Shown here piece after piece: positions 18,632 to 26,318 of a stretch of 37,960 bases of DNA. Source of the DNA: a virus (taxonomy: Duplodnaviria; Caudoviricetes); the IMG/VR virus record IMGVR_UViG_3300037423_000844, positions 1-37,960 of that record; one strand, 5' to 3'. How positions within the stretch are numbered: the first letter of the stretch is position 1; every line of letters begins with the position of its first letter. A program made the position numbers and the translations under genes. Below the pieces are notes generated by a model. The model searched no databases, had not been told where the DNA came from, and was given only the letters and a program-made list of their open reading frames with translations.

Positions 18632-19241
18632 CATGCTGCGCGCGCTGCAAGCCGTGGGCGTCGCGTCGGCGGTCGCGCTGCAGTGGGCCGAGCCCTGCGC
18701 TGCGGCTGCTGCGCTGCACGACATCACCACGCCTCGGCGGCTCGCGGCCTGGCTCGCGCAGTGCTCTCATGAGTCGGCGCACTTCACGCGGCTGGAGGAG
18801 GGCTTGGTCTACACCAGCGCCCAACGCATCGCGGTGATGTGGCCGCGCCTGGCGCCCATCGCGGCCGAGCTCGTGCGCGAGCCGCAGGCCCTGGCCAATG
18901 CGGCCTATGACGGCCGGCTCGGCAACGGCCCGCGTGCCAGCGGCGACGGGTGGCGCTACCGCGGGCGCGGGCTGATCCAGATCACCGGCCGGGACAACTA
19001 CCGGGCCGCCGGCCGCGCGCTGCGCCTGGGGCTGGAGGAGCAGCCGGACCAGGTGCTGCGGCCGGACGTTGCTGCGCTCACGGCGGCGTGGTTCTGGACC
19101 TCGCGCGGCCTGAATGGACTGGCCGATGCGGGCGACATCGCGGGCATCACCAGGGCCATCAACGGGCCCGGCATGGCCGGTGCGGGCGAGCGCCTCGCGC
19201 TGTACCAGCAGGCGTTACGGGCTCTCAGCGTGCCGGAGTAG
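18624..19241 (+). CDS. Endolysin, glycoside hydrolase family 19
   Basis: RLAAWLAQCSHES, GDGWRYRGRGLIQITGRDNY, AAWFW and ITRAING motifs. Confidence 0.92.
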   Translation: MADMLRALQAVGVASAVALQWAEPCAAAAALHDITTPRRLAAWLAQCSHESAHFTRLEEGLVYTSAQRIAVMWPRLAPIAAELVREPQALANAAYDGRLGNGPRASGDGWRYRGRGLIQITGRDNYRAAGRALRLGLEEQPDQVLRPDVAALTAAWFWTSRGLNGLADAGDIAGITRAINGPGMAGAGERLALYQQALRALSVPE

Positions 19242-19249
19242 CGCCGGGC

Positions 19250-20236
19250 TCACTTCGCGCCGCCGGTGATCTTGCGCAGCGCTTTTTCAAGCGCCTCCCA
19301 GCCGCCCGATGGCATCAGCTCCTCGTCGAGTTCCAGGGTGACGCGCCCGCCGCGCGCGCGCACTTCGGCGTGCCGGCCGCGGCCCAGGTCCAGGCGCCGA
19401 GGCGGGGTGGTTCCAGTGGAACCGCTCTCTTTCTCGCTGGTGGTTCTAGTGGAACCACCCCCCACCAGCCGCCGAAACACGTCCTGTGCGGCCAGCCCTT
19501 GCGGCATTCCGCTGGCCGCGTCGAGCACCGCCGGCGCATCGCGCTCCAGCGCGGAGCGCAGATCTGCCGCCCAGGCGAACGAGATGGCATTGGGCGACGG
19601 GAAGGCGGCCACTACCTCGTCGGGCAACTGCGCGATGGTCAGGGCTTTGGACACCGTGCCGTGACTGGCGCCAATGGCCTGGGCCAGCATTCGCATGGAC
19701 GGGAACAGCTGGGCGTCCAGTGCGCGCCGGTAGTGCATCCCTTGCTCCCAGGCGCTGAGGTTCGCGCGGGCGCGGTTCTCGCGCTCCATTTCGGCCCACA
19801 TGCTGCGTTCGTCCAGGTCCTGCACCACGGCCAGCACCGGCAGGCCCAGGTCCAGGCAGGCGCGGTGACGGCGGTGGCCGAACACCAGCTCGTAGCACGC
19901 GCCGTCGCCCTGCCCGGCCGGTAGCGGCCGGACCTTGATTGGCTGCACGTTGCCGCCCGCGTCGGCGATCTCGGCTTTGAACGCCTCGAACTCGGCGCTT
20001 GCGAACGAGTCGGCATGCCGGTTCGCCCAGCGGCTCGGCCTGATGCTCTTGGGGTCCATGGGCTGCGCACCGCGCTCGCCTTCTAGCTGCTGCACCTGGG
20101 CGCGCAGCGCGTGCACCTCCTGCGTCATGCCGATGCGCCGGCCCACGCCTGTGACGGGCTCGCCAGATGGCGGTGGCGGCGCTGCGCTGGCCGGCGGCAG
20201 GTCGAACACCAGACCCTTGCCCTTGAAGCTGCTCAT
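19250..20236 (-). CDS. parB: ParB/RepB/Spo0J partition protein
   Basis: GGNVQPIKVRP...YELVFGHRRHRAC (GxxR patch), ENRARANLSAWE, then an HTH. Start at 20236 has an ATGA overlap with parA. Confidence 0.93.
   Translation of the reverse strand: MSSFKGKGLVFDLPPASAAPPPPSGEPVTGVGRRIGMTQEVHALRAQVQQLEGERGAQPMDPKSIRPSRWANRHADSFASAEFEAFKAEIADAGGNVQPIKVRPLPAGQGDGACYELVFGHRRHRACLDLGLPVLAVVQDLDERSMWAEMERENRARANLSAWEQGMHYRRALDAQLFPSMRMLAQAIGASHGTVSKALTIAQLPDEVVAAFPSPNAISFAWAADLRSALERDAPAVLDAASGMPQGLAAQDVFRRLVGGGSTRTTSEKESGSTGTTPPRRLDLGRGRHAEVRARGGRVTLELDEELMPSGGWEALEKALRKITGGAK
19409..19456. promoter_or_regulatory. Two candidate parS palindromes inside parB
   Basis: GGTTCCA-G-TGGAACC (19409-19423) and GGTTCTA-G-TGGAACC (19442-19456), 33 bp apart. 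Confidence 0.55.
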
Positions 20237-21408
20237 GCCGCGCCTCGCGCAATCTGGCCGCGCCACGCCCTGACGCATTGCACGGCCACAGCGTCGGCCA
20301 GGCGGTCGAACGCATCGGCAGCGCGGCGCACCGTGCGCGCGGTGCTGCCCGTGGTGTCGTCGTAGACGGTGCCGAAGTTGGCCGAGGCGGTGCTGGCCGC
20401 GGCACTCTTTGGTATCTCGACCGGCATGAGCTTGTCGGCGTAGGCGCTGGCCATCCACTCGCGCACCGCGCTGCTGGCCACGTCTGCAGTTTCGACCCGC
20501 GCCGGCAGGATGTTGATGAAGTCGAACTTCTTGCCTTGGGCCGAGGCCGGCAGGCGCGCCGTCAAGTCGCTGAACAGTTTCCAGAACTGGGCCGAGCTGG
20601 CGAAGTCCAGTGCGTTGGGCGGCAGCGGCATGAGAATGCCGTCGGCCGCCATCAGCACGTTGATGGTCATGTAGGTGAGCGCCGGCGGCGTGTCGACCAC
20701 GATGACGTCGTAGTCGTCGCGCACGTCATTCAGGCCGAGCTCGAGCACGCGCCAGAACTCGGCATCGGCATCCAGGCTCTGCCGGTCAGCAAGCTCGAAC
20801 TCGGCCGAGAACAGCAGCGGCGCAGCGGCCACCAGATCAATGCCGCTCCAGTAGGTAGGCCGCACGGCGTAGCGCACGGACTCTTGCGCGCCCTCGATGA
20901 GCGGCAACACCGTGTCATCGCGCCCGACCTCTGTGTCGGGCAGGATGCCGAAAAGCGTGGTCAGCGAGCCTTGCGGGTCCGTGTCGATCACCAGCACCTT
21001 GTGGCCGCGCAGGCTCAGGCCCTGCGCCAGGGTCAGCGCCGTGGTGGTCTTGGTCACGCCGCCCTTGAAGTTGGCCACGGCCACGGTGATGGCGCGCGCG
21101 CCGGCCGGGCGCATGTGCTCGGCGCGGTAGTAGCGCACCCACTGTTGCAGCTCGGTCAACGTGAACTCGCGCCGGTTGCCGGGCCCGATCGCTCCCACAG
21201 GCAGCGCGGCGCGGCGCACGGCCACTTCCATCGCGCTCTTGGTCAGCCCGCACAGTGCCATCACGTCGCCGGTGACGAAGCGCGGCGGCGCCTTGCGCGA
21301 CTCCGGAGCGAGCATCGCCCCGCGCACCTGCGACACCACCGACTGCACGCGCCCGGCCTGGGCCCGCACGTCGATCAGCGAGATTCGATCATCCACTACC
21401 GCGTCCAT
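20233..21408 (-). CDS. parA: Type Ia ParA (SopA-like) partition ATPase
   Basis: Deviant Walker A NFKGGVTKTT, VLVIDTDPQG, DVIVVDTPP, plus an N-terminal HTH extension. Confidence 0.95.
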   Translation of the reverse strand: MDAVVDDRISLIDVRAQAGRVQSVVSQVRGAMLAPESRKAPPRFVTGDVMALCGLTKSAMEVAVRRAALPVGAIGPGNRREFTLTELQQWVRYYRAEHMRPAGARAITVAVANFKGGVTKTTTALTLAQGLSLRGHKVLVIDTDPQGSLTTLFGILPDTEVGRDDTVLPLIEGAQESVRYAVRPTYWSGIDLVAAAPLLFSAEFELADRQSLDADAEFWRVLELGLNDVRDDYDVIVVDTPPALTYMTINVLMAADGILMPLPPNALDFASSAQFWKLFSDLTARLPASAQGKKFDFINILPARVETADVASSAVREWMASAYADKLMPVEIPKSAAASTASANFGTVYDDTTGSTARTVRRAADAFDRLADAVAVQCVRAWRGQIARGAA

Positions 21409-21434
21409 CCGCTCCCTTTCGTAGTTGCGGCGGG

Positions 21435-21466
21435 AGTGTATGCGAGTGGCGGCCAGTCGCTACACT
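21435..21466 (-). promoter_or_regulatory. Imperfect inverted repeat over the probable parAB promoter (candidate ParA operator)
   Basis: AGTGTAtGCGAgTGGC / GCCAgTCGCTACACT. The minus strand reads TAGCGA-N16-TACACT upstream of parA. Confidence 0.4.
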
Positions 21467-22272
21467 TTCATTCTGGCGCTACAGCGGGCGGCGAGCCACG
21501 CATCCCGGCGGGCCCGTGCCGCCGCGCCGAAAACGGCTACAGCGAGGTGTGCCTGCTCGGCACGCACATATGCGCCACCCGTGACCCCATCGCCGCCACG
21601 CCCCGGGCCGCTCGTGGCGTCCGGCGCTGCTGCCGCGCACCAGCGTCTCGGCCGGCGCTCGCCGTCCAGCAGCTGCAGCACCAAGCCCGCCGCCCTGTCG
21701 GCGGCCAGTACCGCATCCATGCCGCCGTTGGCCAGCACCGTCTGTAGCGTCTTGCCGCGGTCCTTCGCCTCGCGCATCAGCCACACCACTTGCCCCGGGC
21801 GCAGCCGCGACAGCAGGGGCTTCAGGTCTTCGGGGATTTTGTAGACCCGCATCCTGCGCTTCCACTGCGAAGCAGGCTTCGTTTTGCGCCGCACTGGTGA
21901 GGCACGCTGGACGACGAAGCCCAGAGCGGTCAGCGCCTCAGGCGTCAGCCAGGTCAGCCCCGGTTTGAAGCCGTGCCGGCGTGCGCCGCGCTTGTTTTGT
22001 ACCCGGCAGATCCAGCCGGCGCCGCGCAGCGCCGCGATGTCGCGCTCGACGGAGGCCTTGCTGCGGCCGGTCTTGTCCATGAGGAACTTGACCGTGACCC
22101 TGAAGCGCTTGCCCGGATTGGAGTGGGACACGCAGTAGTCCAGCAGCACCGTCAAGAGCGCGCGCTGCTGAGGCGGCATGCCGTGCAAACGGGTGACGGC
22201 CGCGATGGCGGACTCGATGGGGGAGGGCGGGAGCGTGCGGACGCACGCCTCCGGCCGGGGCGGATTGCGCAT
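21460..22272 (-). CDS. Plasmid replication initiator-like HTH protein
   Basis: wHTH-like segment (VKFLMDKTGRSKASVERDIAALRGAGWI). The C-terminal IPEDL...WLMREAKDRGKTLQTVL block resembles, from memory, initiators beside parAB on Burkholderiales secondary replicons. Co-oriented with parAB. Confidence 0.7.
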   Translation of the reverse strand: MRNPPRPEACVRTLPPSPIESAIAAVTRLHGMPPQQRALLTVLLDYCVSHSNPGKRFRVTVKFLMDKTGRSKASVERDIAALRGAGWICRVQNKRGARRHGFKPGLTWLTPEALTALGFVVQRASPVRRKTKPASQWKRRMRVYKIPEDLKPLLSRLRPGQVVWLMREAKDRGKTLQTVLANGGMDAVLAADRAAGLVLQLLDGERRPRRWCAAAAPDATSGPGRGGDGVTGGAYVRAEQAHLAVAVFGAAARARRDAWLAARCSARMKV

Positions 22273-22301
22273 GGTTTCGTGGGGACGAGTTGGCCCACGC
22301 G

Positions 22302-22330
22302 TTGCGCTCGCCCTTTTCTGCGGGCAGAAT
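22302..22330 (+). promoter_or_regulatory. Sigma70 promoter antisense to the rep leader
   Basis: TTGCGC (22302-07), N17, CAGAAT (22325-30). Confidence 0.55.
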
Positions 22331-22336
22331 CCGGCC

Positions 22337-22413
22337 TGTCAGAGCTTGGATCTGCCCCTTTTGGTTGGGGTCACGAAACACGAGAAGCCCGGGATTGCCG
22401 TCCCGGGCTTTTT
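22337..22413 (+). ncRNA. Predicted counter-transcribed small RNA (copy-number control)
   Basis: Bounded by the promoter above and the terminator AAGCCCGGGA-TTGCCG-TCCCGGGCTT-TTT. Internal GCCCC-TTTTGGTT-GGGGT hairpin, no ORF, antisense to the rep 5' leader. Confidence 0.55.
22385..22413 (+). terminator. Intrinsic terminator
   Basis: 10-bp perfect stem, 6-nt loop, T-run on the + strand. Confidence 0.8.
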
Positions 22414-22694
22414 CGTTTGTGGGCTCGGTGATCGCTAGATCGTGTCCGGTCCTCAGTTGTTGATCGAAGCGGGCATTGTGCCGCGCAGCGCGCTGCCGAG
22501 CCAGGACTGCACCCGGACAGCGCCGCCTCGCGGCACGCCGCATTGTTGCCGGTACCGCGTGAGTCGGGATTGACGCGCAATGCCGCGGCGCGGCGCTCGT
22601 GTGTCAGCGCTGCGTCAGCCGTTGCCTGTGTTCGCGCCCTCCGATGCGTGGGCTAATCGAATGGCGAAAACACAGTGCCCAGGCACCAGGTGCG

Positions 22695-22967
22695 TCAGCT
22701 GTCGCCGGGCGTGTCGGCGCGCAGCGCATCGTGGTACGGGCACAGGTGCACGTCGCGGCCGAAGTGCACCAGCGCTGCATGCTCGCCGCACAGCTGCGCG
22801 TCACAGGTCTTACCCTCACTGGTCGGGTAGTCGCACAGGAACGCGGGCCGGTGACGGCAGTCGCCGACGCAGCAGTACCGGGCGTTGCCCATTGCCAGCA
22901 GCTCGGCCTCGCTCACCGAGGCCGACTGCAGCCAGCCGGCTTTTGTGTGTACCCAGCCATTTGGCAT
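22695..22967 (-). CDS. Cys/His-rich hypothetical (zinc-binding) protein
   Basis: MPNGW... with CC-x3-C, C, C-x4-C-x2-H, HLCPYH. Coupled to the upstream gene. Confidence 0.65.
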   Translation of the reverse strand: MPNGWVHTKAGWLQSASVSEAELLAMGNARYCCVGDCRHRPAFLCDYPTSEGKTCDAQLCGEHAALVHFGRDVHLCPYHDALRADTPGDS

Positions 22968-23251
22968 CACGAGCCTTCCTGGGCCGCTGGTGCGGCGCCG
23001 CGGGCGCGGATGGCCTCGCAGTACCACTCCACGATGTCCGTGGCCTCCAGCGGCGGCTTGTCGCCCAGGATGAACAGCGCGCCGGCCTTCAGCGCGATGC
23101 ATGCCTCACGCTCTGCCGCAGACACCAGGGCGGCGAAGCGCTCCAGGCGCTCGATGCCGAAGGCGAACGCGGGCTCGTCCTTGGCGAAGCGGTTGGTATA
23201 GGCGTGGCCTTCGGCCTCGCGCGCCAGGCGGATGATGGTTTCTCGGTCCAT
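22967..23251 (-). CDS. Hypothetical phage protein
   Basis: GGGAGGG RBS. MDRETIIRLAREA...LERFAALV..AEREAC pattern common in betaproteobacterial phages. Confidence 0.75.
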   Translation of the reverse strand: MDRETIIRLAREAEGHAYTNRFAKDEPAFAFGIERLERFAALVSAAEREACIALKAGALFILGDKPPLEATDIVEWYCEAIRARGAAPAAQEGS

Positions 23252-23266
23252 GTCGTGTCCCTCCCT

Positions 23267-23295
23267 ACAGTTGATAAGGGGTTCTTATCTCAAAT
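23267..23295 (+). other. XerCD recombination site-like sequence (dif/cer-like)
   Basis: ACAGTTGATAA-GGGGTTC-TTATCTCAAAT. The right arm matches the E. coli XerD arm TTATGTTAAAT at 9/11 and the left arm ends in ATAA like XerC arms. AT-rich intergenic island. Confidence 0.55.
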
Positions 23296-23318
23296 AAGAA
23301 AAATCGTGTGCAAGTCGG

Positions 23319-23996
23319 TCAGGTGTGCTTGATCCACTCCCCGCGTTCGGTGAGCACCAAGCGCTCACGCTTCCACTGGTTCAACGCTTGCGGGATGACT
23401 TGGATGTTCTCGGCGCAGTGCAGCCCACAGGCTCGGCGGGCTTGCAGCGGGATCAGATGATCGATTTCCCAGGCGATCCCTGTCATCTGCGTGCGCAGCT
23501 TGGCCAGCTCCTTCGCCTGGGCGATCACGAACCTGTCCCACTTAGACCACCAAGGCGGCTTTGCCATTTGGGTGGCCTTGCTGCGCCGCGCACTGGCTCG
23601 AGCGAAGGCCGCCTTGACGGCTTCTGGGTTCTTGTCGGCCCAGCGCTTGCGGGTGGCTCGCGCGCGCTCCGGGTTGTTCCGCTGCCATTCGACCATCGTG
23701 GCAATGCGCTTCTCGGAGTGCCGTCGATACGAAGCTTTGGCCCACACCTTGGTCTTGCCGCTCTCGCGCTTCCTGGCGGCAATCGCCTGAACTCGGTCCT
23801 TGTTTGCCGGGTCTTTCTGCCATGCAGAAGCCCGGGCCGACCGCTCGGCCGCGCAGGCCACGCACAGGCAGCCGTTACCGGCCGTGTACCTGGGCGCGAC
23901 GTTGCCGTTCTTGCAGGGCTTGCCGCTGAAGTAGCGCTTGAGCCCCCGCGCCTTGGCCTCGGCGTGGGTCATGATGGTTTGCTCGGCCTCACCCAT
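23319..23996 (-). CDS. HNH endonuclease (free-standing, homing-type)
   Basis: AEAKARGLKRYFSGKPCKNG N-terminus and C-terminal WEIDHLIPL...GLH..ENIQVI..LN. Confidence 0.85.
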   Translation of the reverse strand: MGEAEQTIMTHAEAKARGLKRYFSGKPCKNGNVAPRYTAGNGCLCVACAAERSARASAWQKDPANKDRVQAIAARKRESGKTKVWAKASYRRHSEKRIATMVEWQRNNPERARATRKRWADKNPEAVKAAFARASARRSKATQMAKPPWWSKWDRFVIAQAKELAKLRTQMTGIAWEIDHLIPLQARRACGLHCAENIQVIPQALNQWKRERLVLTERGEWIKHT

Positions 23997-24231
23997 GGCT
24001 CGCCCCTCCCGTGCCGGCCAGCCCGGCCTCGCGTTGGTCGCGCGGGTCGAAGGGCTCACCTCGACTGCCGGCGATCAGCAGCCGCGTGATCGCCATGCTG
24101 CGGCGCGACTGCCGCGCCTGGGCCTCGCGCAGCTCCTGGCGCCATTGCTCGCGCCGTCGCTGCTCGGCGGCGTGCTCGTGCTCGCGGCGCAGGTCCGCGA
24201 TGACTTTGGTGATCGCGTCGAAGTCAGCCAT
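23989..24231 (-). CDS. Hypothetical protein
   Basis: 80-aa ORF with GGAGAG RBS, overlapping both neighbours. Confidence 0.65.
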   Translation of the reverse strand: MADFDAITKVIADLRREHEHAAEQRRREQWRQELREAQARQSRRSMAITRLLIAGSRGEPFDPRDQREAGLAGTGGASHG

Positions 24232-25177
24232 GCTGCTCTCCCGTGGTGCCGTCCGGCTCGACGACTACGGCGCGGCCCTTGTCCCCGATCTGCAAGCGCA
24301 GACGCGACACGTCGCCGTCCGCATAGCTGACCAGCCATTGATCCTCGGCGCGTGCCGGCGCAAATACCACCCGGCCCGTCTGCCCCGACGCCGGGTGCTG
24401 GATCGTGTCGCCGTCGCGTATCGGGTTGCCCGCGAAGTCAGGCCAGGGCGCCTCGCGGACTTCGGGTTCCTGCCTAGGCATTTGCCCTTCGGGTTGATAG
24501 GTGGGGATCTCAACAGCGGCGGATCGGGCGCGAATGGCGGCGGCCAGCCCCTCGGCGGTCTTGGCCGTCATTTCCTTCTTGGTCGCCCCCATCCACACGC
24601 TGATGTCCCAGGCCAGCTCCGCGCTCTCGCACAGCGCGGCGCAGGCTTCGCGCTCGGCCAGCACCGCCAGCTCCACGGAGCGCCGCACGTCCACCGGCTC
24701 GGCCGGCTGCTGGGCGGCCCGCTCACGCTCCAGCAGCCTGATTTGTGCGCGCTGCAGCTTTCCTGCCGCAGCCAGGTCATCGCGCTCGCGCGTCAGCCGC
24801 TCGTTCTCCGCGCGCAGGCGCTGCAGCTCGTCGCTCAGTCGGTTGGCATGCTCGCTCATCTCGGCCAGTTGCTGCTGCAGCGGTGCGCCGGCCGGCTGCT
24901 GGGCGGCGGCCCGCTCGCCGCCGGACTGCTCCAGCGCGTCGGCCACCTCCGTTTTGCCGGCGCGGCGCAGCACCGACAGCGCGAGCTGCAGCGCGCCGCC
25001 GTCCACGCTCACGCGGTTGCTGTGGCCGGCGGGCTGCTGGGCCAGGGCTGCGCGCGCTTCGTTTGCCCAGACCTGCAGATCAAAATCGCCGCTCTCCCAG
25101 CCGCGCACCACGGCGCGGGCAACCTCTTCTAGCGTGACGGCCGTCCCGGCGCTGGTGGTGTTGTCGGTGTTGCTCAT
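24224..25177 (-). CDS. Mosaic early protein with TSAGTA leader
   Basis: 317 aa with three AQQPA junctions, a coiled coil and an AEREAC module. Confidence 0.75.
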   Translation of the reverse strand: MSNTDNTTSAGTAVTLEEVARAVVRGWESGDFDLQVWANEARAALAQQPAGHSNRVSVDGGALQLALSVLRRAGKTEVADALEQSGGERAAAQQPAGAPLQQQLAEMSEHANRLSDELQRLRAENERLTRERDDLAAAGKLQRAQIRLLERERAAQQPAEPVDVRRSVELAVLAEREACAALCESAELAWDISVWMGATKKEMTAKTAEGLAAAIRARSAAVEIPTYQPEGQMPRQEPEVREAPWPDFAGNPIRDGDTIQHPASGQTGRVVFAPARAEDQWLVSYADGDVSRLRLQIGDKGRAVVVEPDGTTGEQHG

Positions 25178-25449
25178 GCTGCGGCGTCCTTCTTGGCGTC
25201 AAGCGCCTTCTCAATCGCTCCAGCCAGTTCCTCTTTGAAGATGCGGCGCACATCGTCCTCGGTCATGGGCTTGGCTGGGACGGTGACGCCAATGGGTATG
25301 GTCTTGGTGGGCGAAGGAACGCGCGACGGCTGCATCCAGGGATGCGCTTGCGCCGGGCGAGCCAGTGCGTTCTGTTGAATCTCGCGCACGCGGCGGCATC
25401 CCATGACGGCGCATTCCTCGCTGGCGCACATGCAAGCAATTCCAGGCAT
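25174..25449 (-). CDS. Hypothetical protein
   Basis: Cys-rich N-terminus, ATGA-coupled to the next gene. Confidence 0.65.
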   Translation of the reverse strand: MPGIACMCASEECAVMGCRRVREIQQNALARPAQAHPWMQPSRVPSPTKTIPIGVTVPAKPMTEDDVRRIFKEELAGAIEKALDAKKDAAA

Positions 25450-25521
25450 CGTGTGTCTCTCTTTCTGTAGGTCGATTACGGGAGTAATCGAAGGGTGGTT
25501 TCTGGCGGTCGATTCGCCGGC

Positions 25522-26010
25522 TCAGGCCGGTAGGCCGCAGTGCGCCATGTACGGCCGGCGGATCGCGCGTTGGAAGTGCTCTGCGGTGGTTGCGTCGTGG
25601 TCGAGCTGCGCTCGGCTGCTGATCTCGCAGAGGTCAAGCACCACAAATCTCGCGGTGCGCGCCGGGTCGTCTCCAGCCTCTCCAAGCCAAGATCCCCAGA
25701 CATCCGGGTATTCCGTCATCAGCCAGCGCTGGAAAGCGGCGTCCTGACACCACATGCCCGCCAGCCGCGCGAGCGGGCCGCCCTTGGGCGCCTCGGGCCT
25801 CGGCTCGGCCTTCGGTTGCTGTGGCACCGGCTGCTCGTCATCGCCGACCTCCACAAGCACGCACGCGAAGCGCTTTCCCTCCTTGCCGATGAATGCCGCC
25901 AGCGCCTCGCGGTCGGCCAGCGCGAACACCACTTGCTGCCCCTGGGTGCTTGTGTCGCTGTAGCGGCGGAACTGCACTTCGCCTTGGAAGAAAACAGGCA
26001 GGTCGCTCAT
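25522..26010 (-). CDS. Conserved hypothetical phage protein
   Basis: Start at 26010 (ATGA overlap). LAGMWCQDAAFQRWL...CEISSRAQLDHD motif. Confidence 0.7.
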   Translation of the reverse strand: MSDLPVFFQGEVQFRRYSDTSTQGQQVVFALADREALAAFIGKEGKRFACVLVEVGDDEQPVPQQPKAEPRPEAPKGGPLARLAGMWCQDAAFQRWLMTEYPDVWGSWLGEAGDDPARTARFVVLDLCEISSRAQLDHDATTAEHFQRAIRRPYMAHCGLPA

Positions 26011-26318
26011 GCCGGGCGCACCAGGCCACGGGCGAACAGCTCGCCCATCGTGTTGCGGTGCGCCTCGTCCCACATGTCGCGGCGCTCTTGCTTGCTCAGC
26101 TTCGATCCCTGGTCGATCTCGAAGTGATGGCCGTCGCAGATCCCGGCCACACGCCACGGGTAGGACTTGAGGCCGCGGCCTTTACCGTCGCGCAACTGGT
26201 TGGAGTGCGACACCTGGGTGCGTCCCTCGATGCCGCAACCGGACACCTGGCAGGGCAGAGAGGTCACGTGCTGGAACAGCCGGCCCTCGTCGGCCTTCAC
26301 GGGCATGCTGTAGCTCAT
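26007..26318 (-). CDS. DUF1364/DUF968-like HNH-fold protein
   Basis: LPCQVSGC...SHSN..GKGRGLK...CDGHH motif next to the recombination genes. Confidence 0.7.
   Translation of the reverse strand: MSYSMPVKADEGRLFQHVTSLPCQVSGCGIEGRTQVSHSNQLRDGKGRGLKSYPWRVAGICDGHHFEIDQGSKLSKQERRDMWDEAHRNTMGELFARGLVRPA

Noticed and set aside
19250-20458. ORF-track start of parB at 20458 (also portal 2188, cI 30740, cro 30331, tailspike 15645)
   Set aside because: These extensions overlap neighbouring genes or operators. Downstream starts with an RBS, ATGA coupling or a fitting promoter position are better.
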